DNA of 27,946 nucleotides from Gammaproteobacteria bacterium RBG_16_37_9 (GTDB lineage Bacteria; Pseudomonadota; Gammaproteobacteria; UBA9339): NCBI GenBank assembly GCA_001801345.1, contig MGXJ01000006.1, positions 20,760 to 48,705 of the forward strand, read 5' to 3'. Shown piece by piece: positions 8,954 to 17,875 of this stretch (position 1 is its first letter; each line of letters starts with the position of its first letter). The notes under the pieces were generated by a model. It saw only the letters and a program-made list of their open reading frames with translations, ran no database searches and was not told where the DNA came from. The position numbers and the translations under genes were made by a program.

Positions 8954-9850
8954 TTAGCTCCCATAGCCGAATTGTTGTAACAACTTTTCGTCATTAGTCC
9001 AGTTAGCTTTGACTTTTACCCAAAGCTTAAGAAAAACTTTTCGGGCAAATAAATTTTCCATATCATGACGCGCTAATGTGCCGATTTTTTTCAAAACCTC
9101 ACCATCTTTGCCGATAATAATTATTTTTTGGCCGCGGCGTTCAACATAAATTGTGGCCGTAACAAACATTATTTCTTTTTTAAGCTCCATGCGATCAATC
9201 AAGACTGAGACTGCATAAGGCAATTCTTGCCCTAAAAACCTAATTAATTTTTCTCGAATAATTTCAGCGGCTAAAAATTTATCATCACGATCAGTATGTT
9301 GTGAGGCAGCAAAAAAGAAAGGATTTTCTGGTAATAGTTTTTGTGCTGTTTCTTCAAGAGAGGCAATGTTCGACCCGTCTTTTGCTGATAAGGGAATTAT
9401 TGCGGTAAATTTATATTTTTGACTAATTTTTTGAATATAACTAAGTAAAAGATTTTTTTGCGCAACTAAATCAACCTTGTTAATAGCTAAAATTACAGGA
9501 CTTTTGGTTTTTTGGAGCATCTTTAAAACAAACTCATCTTCTTCCTGCCAAATAGTTCCAACCACCATAAAAATAACCACATCAACATCGCTTAAAGCAC
9601 TCAAAGCGGCGTTATTCATGTAACGATTAAGCTTGCTATCGGAGCGATTATGTATTCCAGGAGTATCGACATATATTGCCTGATAATCGCCGGTGGTTTT
9701 TATACCCAAAATCTTATGTCTAGTGGTTTGAGTTTTACGCGCAGTAATGCTGACTTTTTTACCTAGAATGTAGTTAAGCAAAGTAGACTTGCCAACATTA
9801 GGTCGCCCCAAGATAGTGATATATCCAGCATGAGTTTTGAAATGATCCAT
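8954..9850 (-). CDS. era: GTPase Era
   Basis: GRPNVGKSTLLN, QTTRHKI, DTPG and NKVD motifs, with a C-terminal KH domain (QELPY; IIIGKDG..LKKIG). Confidence 0.96.
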   Translation of the reverse strand: MDHFKTHAGYITILGRPNVGKSTLLNYILGKKVSITARKTQTTRHKILGIKTTGDYQAIYVDTPGIHNRSDSKLNRYMNNAALSALSDVDVVIFMVVGTIWQEEDEFVLKMLQKTKSPVILAINKVDLVAQKNLLLSYIQKISQKYKFTAIIPLSAKDGSNIASLEETAQKLLPENPFFFAASQHTDRDDKFLAAEIIREKLIRFLGQELPYAVSVLIDRMELKKEIMFVTATIYVERRGQKIIIIGKDGEVLKKIGTLARHDMENLFARKVFLKLWVKVKANWTNDEKLLQQFGYGS

Positions 9851-9878
9851 AGTTATTAATCAGCCAGACTAGGCAGGT

Positions 9879-10553
9879 TTATTTTTGTTCTTGCTCAATT
9901 TTAGCCAACATCTTTTCCGCTGCATCGCGTTCAGCAACGCGTTTATTTGATCCAACACCTACGCTAGCCTCACACAGGCCAGCAACTCGACATTCAACTG
10001 TAAAAATTTGTGAATGTGCAGCACCAGAAGTATTAGTGACTACGTAAGTTGGCAACGGAGATTTGCGCATTTGCAATAACTCTTGCAGGCTAGTTTTGGG
10101 ATCTTTTTGGACGACACCTGCAATATCATCTAAGCGTTTAGCAAACCAATTTAAAACATGGCGCTGTGTTACAATAAAACCACCGTCTAGATACATTGCG
10201 CCAATAATTGCTTCCATAGCGTCGGCAAGAATTGATTTACGTTTTGGTCCACCACTACGCAATTCGCCAGAACCAAATTGCAAATGATCTCCAATATATA
10301 ATTCGCTCGCGAGATCTGCCAAAACCTCGCCGTTTACTAAATTAGCACGTAAACGACTTAACTCGCCTTCTTTCATTTCTGGATAACGATAGAACAATTC
10401 AGCAGCAATAATAAAATTCAATACTGCGTCCCCAAGAAATTCCAGACGCTCATTGCTAATTTTACCCATACTACGATGGCGCAAAGCACGGCTCAGCAGC
10501 CCTAAATTACGAAAACAATAACCTAATCTTTCAGAAAGCACTTCGCACTGCAT
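9879..10553 (-). CDS. rnc: Ribonuclease III
   Basis: NERLEFLGDAVL signature, LADAMEAIIGA.YLDGG and a dsRBD (DPKTSLQE...AERDAA). Start placed at the ATG at 10553 rather than the TTG at 10586. Confidence 0.95.
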   Translation of the reverse strand: MQCEVLSERLGYCFRNLGLLSRALRHRSMGKISNERLEFLGDAVLNFIIAAELFYRYPEMKEGELSRLRANLVNGEVLADLASELYIGDHLQFGSGELRSGGPKRKSILADAMEAIIGAMYLDGGFIVTQRHVLNWFAKRLDDIAGVVQKDPKTSLQELLQMRKSPLPTYVVTNTSGAAHSQIFTVECRVAGLCEASVGVGSNKRVAERDAAEKMLAKIEQEQK

Positions 10554-10604
10554 AAGAAAATTACTACCATAATAGAATAAACGCAAAACTAAAAATTCAA
10601 ATTT

Positions 10605-11390
10605 TTAGTTTATTTTTTTACCAATCCTTTCCCAACGGATGCCAGTTTTTTCGGAATCCCAGCTCATCCAAATGCCGAAAGCTTTGCCGACTAGATTTGC
10701 TTCGGGAACAAAACCCCATTCGCGACTATCCTTACTGCTATCGCGATTATCTCCCATCATAAAATAAGAATTTTGTGGAACCACAACATCTACATCTTCC
10801 GATTCTTTATAACCAGGTCTGATAAATATTTTGTGGGTTACCTGGTCTAATTTTTCAATTCGAACTTGGACTGGCACAGAAAAACCACCTTCAGTATCTA
10901 AATCCATACCAAATGGCATTTGTTGCATCACAATATTATTAACGGTTAAAATTTTATTACGATAAGTAACATGATCACCGGGTAAACCGATTACTCTCTT
11001 AACGTAGATTATGCTTATGTCATCAGGAAAACGAAAAAGCACTATATCACCACGTTTAGGTTCGCCAATATTAAAAATTTTAGTATTTAAAACAGGGAGT
11101 CTTAAACCATAAGCGTATTGGCTTACCACTATGAAATCACCAGGCAAAACCGTGGGAACAAGTGAACCAGTAGGCACGCGATAAGGCTGAATTAAAAATG
11201 AACGAATCAATAGGACCAATAACAATACAGGGAAAAATGAGCGCGAGTATTCGATAATTATAGATGGCTTTTTGTCTACCGACCTTTTTTTAGCAAAAAA
11301 CAAAATATCAAGCAAGGCAATAAAGCCAGTTAATAACACCAAAGATGTCAAAACAAAAGGAACATCAAATGAAATATTAAAATTACTCAT
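10605..11390 (-). CDS. lepB: Signal peptidase I
   Basis: Catalytic Ser in PTGSLVPT, Lys in YVKRVIGLPGD, and YFMMGDNRDSSKDSR.WGFVP. AGGAG Shine-Dalgarno upstream. Confidence 0.95.
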   Translation of the reverse strand: MSNFNISFDVPFVLTSLVLLTGFIALLDILFFAKKRSVDKKPSIIIEYSRSFFPVLLLVLLIRSFLIQPYRVPTGSLVPTVLPGDFIVVSQYAYGLRLPVLNTKIFNIGEPKRGDIVLFRFPDDISIIYVKRVIGLPGDHVTYRNKILTVNNIVMQQMPFGMDLDTEGGFSVPVQVRIEKLDQVTHKIFIRPGYKESEDVDVVVPQNSYFMMGDNRDSSKDSREWGFVPEANLVGKAFGIWMSWDSEKTGIRWERIGKKIN

Positions 11391-11475
11391 ATCGTATAGC
11401 TCCTACCGCATTAAAATTTCTATAGGATTATAATAACCATTCCTATGGTTGCAAATTTATTTATATAAATTAAGC

Positions 11476-12222
11476 CTATGCTATTTTCCCAACTGTTGCT
11501 AAATAAACGGCAAATTCATCTTTACCGCTAACATTTATGAGATTGTCTACAGCTTGTTGCTCATAAGCAGCAACGGCGCAAACCCCAGCTTGTATGGCTT
11601 CGGCCGCTAAGTATAGATTTTGACAAATATGGCCGGCATCAATAGCAATAAATTTATAGGCATAGGGTCCGGCACGCCACTCAGTGCGGTAAGGAACTGC
11701 AGCCCAAATAAACACCACCGCGGCATTTTGCATTTGAGAGCTATTTATCTCAAAACAACTAGTGGAAATTTTTTCAGCTTGTTCTTTGTCGTCATAAACA
11801 ATGCACAATTTATGCTCAATGGGTAAATAGCGATAAACCCCTGGTTTTAAATCTTTAACCCTTCTAATAACTAAATAAGTTTCAAATGGATGGCGAGAAT
11901 TTGCCGATGGAACCGTTCTATGGGCGGTGATATCTCCATCAATTATACCTTGGGTGGACCACAATAAAAACGATAGTTCCTTTAGGGTCAAAAAACCTTG
12001 AGTGAATTCACGTCGAGAGCAGCGATTTTTAATTGCATCTTGTAATTTTATATCGAATTTAAAATCTATTGGTGCTACTAAATCAATTAATTTATCTCCC
12101 AAAGCACAAGCTTTTTGTGGCATTGGCATTGGCACGCCCTTATTGCTGTCTGTAGGCCACTTGCTCCAGCCTTCTTCAAAATCACACCTTAAAAAGTCTC
12201 TGCTGAAATTTTTATACTTCAT
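11476..12222 (-). CDS. SagB/ThcOx family FMN-dependent oxidoreductase (nitroreductase fold)
   Basis: Motifs RCSRREF, LSFLLWSTQG, RTVPSANSRHPFETY, PGVYRYLP.EH and DAGHICQNLYLAAEA. Confidence 0.85.
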   Translation of the reverse strand: MKYKNFSRDFLRCDFEEGWSKWPTDSNKGVPMPMPQKACALGDKLIDLVAPIDFKFDIKLQDAIKNRCSRREFTQGFLTLKELSFLLWSTQGIIDGDITAHRTVPSANSRHPFETYLVIRRVKDLKPGVYRYLPIEHKLCIVYDDKEQAEKISTSCFEINSSQMQNAAVVFIWAAVPYRTEWRAGPYAYKFIAIDAGHICQNLYLAAEAIQAGVCAVAAYEQQAVDNLINVSGKDEFAVYLATVGKIA

Positions 12223-12339
12223 AAAAAACCCCCTGAATTTTTATAAGAGTATTTCTGATATATAAACATATTTATACACCTGCTTACGAAAAATATCCAA
12301 GAAATAATAAAACGGGTTAATCACTGATGTGGTGAAAGT

Positions 12340-12453
12340 GGTAGCCGCAGGCTTCAGCCTGCGTTTTATAGCAGCGCAAGCTAAAGTTTATCCCGTTATG
12401 TTTCCCATTTAAAAACATAATGGGACGGCGTCTAAACGGGGCTTGCGGCTACC
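12340..12453. repeat. Inverted REP-like doublet with a 55-bp insertion in the second copy
   Basis: GGTAGCCGCAGGCTTCAGCCTGCG (12340-12363), an 11-nt spacer, then CGCAAGCTAAAG (12375-12386) + 55 bp + CTTGCGGCTACC (12442-12453). Joining the last two pieces restores the reverse complement of a full repeat unit. Confidence 0.8.
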
Positions 12454-12578
12454 CTAATATTTTATAATTTCACTGTTTTTAGGATTATAATATTGCTTTT
12501 GAGTGTATAAGGATCAATAATATATTGCTTTTGTGTTTTTAAGTATTTATCAATTAATATCGAACATGGAGGAATAAC

Positions 12579-12806
12579 ATGCGTAATTATAAATTTATTA
12601 TTGGTTTGGCATTGTTGATTGGTTTAGTTGGCTGCGCCGATATGAAAGGTCGAGATATTGGAACTCTTGCTGGGGCTGGTGCTGGAGCCGCTTTGGGCAG
12701 TCAAATTGGTGGCACAGGCTTAGTTAATGCCGTTGGGGCAGCAGGAGGCGCCGTTGTCGGCGGGGTTGTTGGGCGCGAAGTTGGTAAAGAAATGGAAGAG
12801 AAGTAG
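12579..12806 (+). CDS. Glycine-zipper 2TM lipoprotein (17-kDa surface antigen/OsmB-like)
   Basis: GGAGG Shine-Dalgarno, lipobox LVGC and glycine-zipper repeats (GAGAGAALG; GGAVVGGVVG). Confidence 0.85.
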   Translation: MRNYKFIIGLALLIGLVGCADMKGRDIGTLAGAGAGAALGSQIGGTGLVNAVGAAGGAVVGGVVGREVGKEMEEK

Positions 12807-12817
12807 AGTAGGTGTCA

Positions 12818-12852
12818 AGCCCTTACAATCGACGTTGTCGATTGTAAGGGCT
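12818..12852. terminator. Perfect 16-bp hairpin between convergent genes
   Basis: AGCCCTTACAATCGAC-GTT-GTCGATTGTAAGGGCT. There is no clear U-tract on either strand, so the terminator function is uncertain. Confidence 0.5.
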
Positions 12853-12864
12853 AGCCCCATGGCT

Positions 12865-15418
12865 CTAGTCATCATAATGACCAGAAACCGCATATACGAT
12901 TATCTCTCCCTGTCTTTCTCTTCGTCCTACTTGATATACGAAGCGATTTTTATGATCTATGCGCCTTGAAATTACAGGGCCTTGATTATCTAGATAATCC
13001 TTTAGGTGTGTCTTTGCCCACTCCCTATGTAGAATCTCAGGTTTTCCGCTTCCGGTTATTGCCCAGGGGCGTTCTTGAATATCATTAAGAAGTTCTTGAA
13101 ATTTTTTATCATCTTCTTTAAGTCTATTGAACTCTTCTTCCAACTTTTTATTATTATTGAAAGAATATCGAATTTCTTGTTGGGTAGCTTTATCGAAAGC
13201 AGATGAGTCAGACGAGATGCTTAAATATAACTCTATCAACTCCAGTGCTTTTCTTTTGTTTTTTGCAGATTCCTTGTTTATTCGTTTTTCTTGTTTTTCT
13301 CTCCTTTTTTCCGATGATATTTTTTTTCACTACTAGAATAAGAGGATGAGAAGGTTTCTTCCGATTTACCATCGCTATATTCATTATTTGTAGATAGATT
13401 CCCTTCTTTTGGTGATTCTATAGAATGTGGGGTTGGTGTTTTTTCTTCCTGTTTCTCATGGTCGTCATCTGATGGTTTTTTTAGGTTAGGAGGAGAGTTT
13501 TCTAATTCACTATTTCCGCTAGAAATATCTTCTGGTTCTTCGCCAGAAGAGATATCAGTATTATCTTCTCCTCTAAGCTTTTTTTCTAGCAATACTAATA
13601 TGTTCTCGGCTACGTAAACATTCTTTAAAATTAATTTAGAGGCATGCAGGTATCCTTTCTCGTAATTCCCTTCCACATATGCTAGCCATGCTTGAATAAA
13701 AATTCTGTCTAGCTCCGGCATTGTTTTAGAATCTCTATCGAATTCTTTTCTTTTTTCTGAAAGAAATTTTTTATCTTCATAGCCATTGATATATAAAGTT
13801 ATTAAAATTTTTCCCAGATCTTCTGCCGAGCATTCTGGGTCAATGAGAGATCGTATCTTTTTATTTATTTCTTCTTTACTTAATAGGTCCATTTCTACGC
13901 ATTTTATAAGGTAATTCAATTGACCATCGGTTGTTTTAAGGCTTTTAAAAATCTCCATACTTCGTTCTTTTTGACCTTGTTTCCACAAAATACTTGCAAG
14001 AGAATTGAGAGCTTGTTTACTTCCTGATCTTTCATAATAACTTATTGCTAATTCTTCATACATAGGTATATAGAGCCTATATTGTTCAAAACAGTGGGTA
14101 GTATATCTGTATGTTCTTTTGAAGGAGGATTTGGAGTGCATTCTGTTTCAAGAGCCAAATATATTTTTAAAGATTTATTAATATCCGGGTTTTCTCCGTG
14201 TAATCCATTTCTGATTATTTCTGCCATACTAACTTTTGCGCTCGGAAAAACATCGGCGCTTTTTAAAAAACATTCGTATGCTTTTTTGTATTCATGAAAA
14301 CATTCTTGGTAGAAAACCCCAATAATGTATTGAGCTTCAGTAGTCTTAGATTTTTCGAGAAAATAAATCACCTTTTTAAGTAGTTCTAGATCAATATTTG
14401 GTTGTTCCGAAATTATTTGTTCCAAAAGCAGTCTGCCAATATCCAAAAAAGCTTCCAATTCAAAAAAATCTGCCGGTATTTGTATTTCGGGAGCTTCCAG
14501 TTTTTCTAACACATTTTTTGCTTTTTTAATGTTGTTATTTGTTATATATATTTCCGCAAGTGCGATAAGTCCAGATGCTGCTGGTTTACCAGCAGCAAGG
14601 GCGATTTCTTCGCAAAGATTTGCTAAATCATCTTGGTCTTCATTTGCTTTACAAAAATCGTATACAGTTTGTTTAATAGACAATTTGTTGATTTTTTGAT
14701 AAAGCTTCAAAAGGAATATTCGTTTATTTTTTGCCAACTCAGGGTCATAAAAGGTTTTTTCGTTGTTTTTCTTAATAAAAGTATTTAGATCAATATTAAA
14801 ATATTTAAGGGGCTTTTTCTTTAGGTAACTGGCCGCTACATCATCTTTCTTTGCATCTATGATAAATAGAAGAATTTGTTCTTTAATGTTCTTAATATCT
14901 TTAAAGGATGATTTTTTAAATTTTGTTTCTTTTTCTGCTTTTAAAACATCCAAAGCTTTATCAAAAAAATCATCGGCAATGGGATATGTATCTATATCTG
15001 TTTTTAATATACGATATGTTTGATATGCAAGTGTTGCCCAGCGCATGCTTTCAGCTAGGTTGCCTTGAGCATACTCAAGTTTTGCATGTTCAATCATTCC
15101 TCGTGGGTCACAAAGGAGAGCGGCATTATAAAATTTTTCTTTGGCTTTTTCAGGTTCTTGTTCAGATTTTTTCAATAACTTCAGTCCTGCAATTACCTCT
15201 TCAAGGGCCTGTGTTTCTGCATTTTTAGTATTAGTTTCGTTGCCATCAAAAGACTTTTTAGCAAAATCAGTAAAGAATGAGGATACGGTATAATTTGATG
15301 AAGTCGCCACATTACTGGGTATTTTGGTAAAGCTGGAAGGATGTGATTTTTTACCAGCTATGGCATTCGATTCTGAGAAAGAGAGTGCTAGGATAAAAAT
15401 TAGTAGTATTTTTTTCAT
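12865..15418 (-). pseudogene. Signal peptide + Sel1/TPR repeats + acidic linker + C-terminal Txe/YoeB-like RNase domain, split by two frameshifts (about 851 aa if repaired)
   Basis: Three overlapping ORFs in successive frames (14048-15418, 13278-14141, 12865-13326). Each junction is bridged by a -1 shift: inside a TPR near 14050-14075, and at the A8 tract at 13320-13327. N-terminus MKKILLIFILALSFSESNA; Sel1-like EAQYIIGVFY...KKAYECFLKSA; C-terminus GSGKPEIL...SRRIDHKNRFVYQV...SGHYDD. Confidence 0.75.
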
Positions 15419-15834
15419 AATTGGCAAGGTGTCAAGTCAGAGTTGACCTTGTTCAAAACATAGCATAAATCAAACCAACTTTTATTAACCTTTTCTTAAC
15501 AGGGCTTTGCCAGTAGATTTTTCGCCTAAATTCCAGAAAAATGAAGCCACTATATATCAGTTTCTGAATTTGTTAGAATGGACAAAGTGTTTTTGTTGGT
15601 GAAAAAAGAAACCTTAGAAGAACATTCGCCGCCGTTGTTTCGGTCTTAAAGCTTATTACATCGTCCGAACCATCTAAACGAACTTTTCTTTTATTATAGA
15701 TGCAATATGGCTCATATTATGGAAAAAATTAAAGATATTATTTAAAAACACGGGGTAATTTTATTGTGAATAAGTGTTAGAATAACAACTTTGCCAAATT
15801 CAGTTTTTAGCGAAAATTATCGAAGAAACATATT

Positions 15835-16671
15835 ATGAAAAACACTTTAGCTATCTTTGAAGATTTTAAAATACGCAGGATTTACGATGAAGAAAAAGAG
15901 ATGTGGTATTTCTCTGTAGTGGATATTGTTGGCGCTTTAATCCAGCAGAATGATTTTCAAACCACAAGAAAATACTGGAATAAACTAAAAGAACGCCTAA
16001 ACAAGGAAGGAAGTGAGTCGGTGACAAAATGTCACCAACTGAAATTAGAGGCTGCTGATGGTAAAAAATACCTAACTGATGTTGCTAATCCCGAAACACT
16101 GTTACGCCTTATTCAGTCTATACCGAGTCCAAAAGCAGAACCAATTAAATTATGGCTTGCAAAAGTAGGCTATGAAAGAATGCAGGAAATAGCTGATCCT
16201 GAAAAGTCATTAAACCGAGCCAGAGAAAACTGGAAAAAGTATGGAAGAAGTGAAAAGTGGGTCCAACAAAGAATGATGGGTCAGGAAACACGCAATAAGC
16301 TAACTGACTATTGGAGCAAACATGAAGTAACCAAAGAAGAAGAATATGCAATACTTACCAATATCATTCATCAGGAATGGTCAGATGTTTCAATAAAAGA
16401 ACATAAAAATCTCAAAGGTTTAAAAGCTCAAAATTTAAGAGACCACATGACTGAAGCTGAGCTTATTTTTACTGCTTTAGCAGAGTTATCGACAAGGCAA
16501 ATAGCAGAGAGCATGGAAGCAAAAGGAGTGACAGAAAATAAAAGGGCAGGAATAAAAGGCGGCAGAATTGCTAAAAACGCTAGGGTTGAACTTGAGTCAA
16601 AAACTGGAAAGAAGGTGATTTCTAAAAAAAACTATTTGCCGACAAAAAATATAAAAGCTTATAGACAATGA
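15835..16671 (+). CDS. Bro-N domain protein (prophage antirepressor-like)
   Basis: Motifs IRRIYDEEKEMWYFSVVDIVGAL, RKYWNKLKERL, AADGKKYLTDVA and QSIPSPKAEPIKLWLAKVGYER. Confidence 0.85.
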   Translation: MKNTLAIFEDFKIRRIYDEEKEMWYFSVVDIVGALIQQNDFQTTRKYWNKLKERLNKEGSESVTKCHQLKLEAADGKKYLTDVANPETLLRLIQSIPSPKAEPIKLWLAKVGYERMQEIADPEKSLNRARENWKKYGRSEKWVQQRMMGQETRNKLTDYWSKHEVTKEEEYAILTNIIHQEWSDVSIKEHKNLKGLKAQNLRDHMTEAELIFTALAELSTRQIAESMEAKGVTENKRAGIKGGRIAKNARVELESKTGKKVISKKNYLPTKNIKAYRQ

Positions 16672-16696
16672 ATAATAAATTTGTATCTAAATATCA

Positions 16697-17218
16697 ATGG
16701 AAATAACATTTAAAAAATTTACCGAAAAGTATATACTAAAATTCATAGCTTGGTCACAAAGGCCACACGTCCGAGACACATGGTTTCAAGAAGGACATGA
16801 ACCATTAACAATGTATTATGAAAAAGCCACGAGTAATAACGGTTACGACTATCCATTTATTATTTGCTTAGATGGCGAACCAATTGGCTATATTCAATGT
16901 TCTGATTTATATGCTTATAAAAAATTATGCCCAAAAACAAAAGGTGTATTTACCAATGAAGAGTCAGGAACTTTTTGTTTAGACTTATTTATTGGCGAAG
17001 ATAGTTATTTAAATAAAGGGTATGGCACAAAAATAGTAAAGGTTTTTGTTGATAAAATATTCAAAGATTTTAAGGCCAAGAAGGTATTAGTTGATCCAGC
17101 TTGTTCGAACAAGCGTGCAATCAGTTGTTATGAAAAAGCTGGTTTTAAATTTATACGCAGTGAGATCAATGGAATAATTGAGTGTTGCATTATGCAGTTT
17201 ATAAGAGCCAATATTTAG
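16697..17218 (+). CDS. GNAT N-acetyltransferase (AAC(6')-like subfamily)
   Basis: WSQRPHVRDTW, PIGYIQ, LDLFIGE..YLNKGYGT and DPACSNKRAI.CYEKAGF. Confidence 0.85.
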   Translation: MEITFKKFTEKYILKFIAWSQRPHVRDTWFQEGHEPLTMYYEKATSNNGYDYPFIICLDGEPIGYIQCSDLYAYKKLCPKTKGVFTNEESGTFCLDLFIGEDSYLNKGYGTKIVKVFVDKIFKDFKAKKVLVDPACSNKRAISCYEKAGFKFIRSEINGIIECCIMQFIRANI

Positions 17219-17314
17219 GCTAGTTGTAAATGGGCTTGGTCGCACTAGCAATTCTAACAGTCTAAATCAAGAATCCAGAGAATCTTTCGATTTAACAGGT
17301 ATAATAAGTTATCC

Positions 17315-17346
17315 AAAGGGTAGGGGCAAATTGCCACCCCCCTTTT
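17315..17346. repeat. GTAG-led GC-rich hairpin (REP-like or terminator)
   Basis: AAAGGGTAGGGGCAAATTGCCACCCCCCTTTT is an imperfect palindrome in AT-rich intergenic DNA. Confidence 0.35.
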
Positions 17347-17365
17347 AAAAAGAAAAAAGCCCCTA

Positions 17366-17869
17366 ATGTTAAAAAAGGTATATCAAATGACTCCCGCTAA
17401 CGACCCCATACGATTAATTAATTTATCAGATATTGATGAAAAAATTTATGCATTTCGTGGAGTTGATTGCATAGTTTTAACTCAAGATAACAAAATTATA
17501 TTACAAAAACGTGGTGATAATTGGAACCGCTTTCCTGGCTATCTTGCATCTTTTGGCGGACAAATAGAAGCTGGTGAAACATCGATGCAAGCTTTGATAC
17601 GCGAACTAAACGAAGAACTAGGAGCACAGGTTAAAGAATCTGATGTTATCAGCCTAGGTGCTGTTACCGAGGCGGTGACCGGACATACTGAATTGATTTA
17701 CGTTTATTTTTGGCAAGATTTGCATGGCACTATCACTGGCTGTTACGAAGGTGAAGTAAGATACTACGACAATATACAGGATATCCTCGCTTGTCCTAAA
17801 GTCATGGATGATACTCGTTGGGCACTAAATGAATGCATAACCAGAAAACTTTTGCCGGTTAATCTCTAA
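17366..17869 (+). CDS. NUDIX hydrolase
   Basis: Complete Nudix box GGQIEAGETSMQALIRELNEELGA (GX5EX7REUXEEXG). Confidence 0.92.
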   Translation: MLKKVYQMTPANDPIRLINLSDIDEKIYAFRGVDCIVLTQDNKIILQKRGDNWNRFPGYLASFGGQIEAGETSMQALIRELNEELGAQVKESDVISLGAVTEAVTGHTELIYVYFWQDLHGTITGCYEGEVRYYDNIQDILACPKVMDDTRWALNECITRKLLPVNL

Positions 17870-17875
17870 AGAAAC

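Noticed and set aside
10554..10586. 11-aa N-terminal extension of RNase III from the TTG at 10586
   Set aside because: Family similarity begins at MQCEVLSERLGY, and the TTG lies at the edge of the intergenic hairpin.
11476..12222. RiPP (azole-containing peptide) cluster around the SagB-type oxidase
   Set aside because: No YcaO, cyclodehydratase, transporter or Cys/Ser-rich precursor is adjacent. Stand-alone SagB/nitroreductase genes are common.
15427..15436. AGGTGTCAAG motif as a sigma70 -35 box (TTGACA on the reverse strand)
   Set aside because: No plausible -10 hexamer lies 17 nt downstream at the 12810 or 15427 copies.
15835..16671. Prophage
   Set aside because: Bro-N is the only phage-associated gene. 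There are no integrase, structural, replication or lysis genes.
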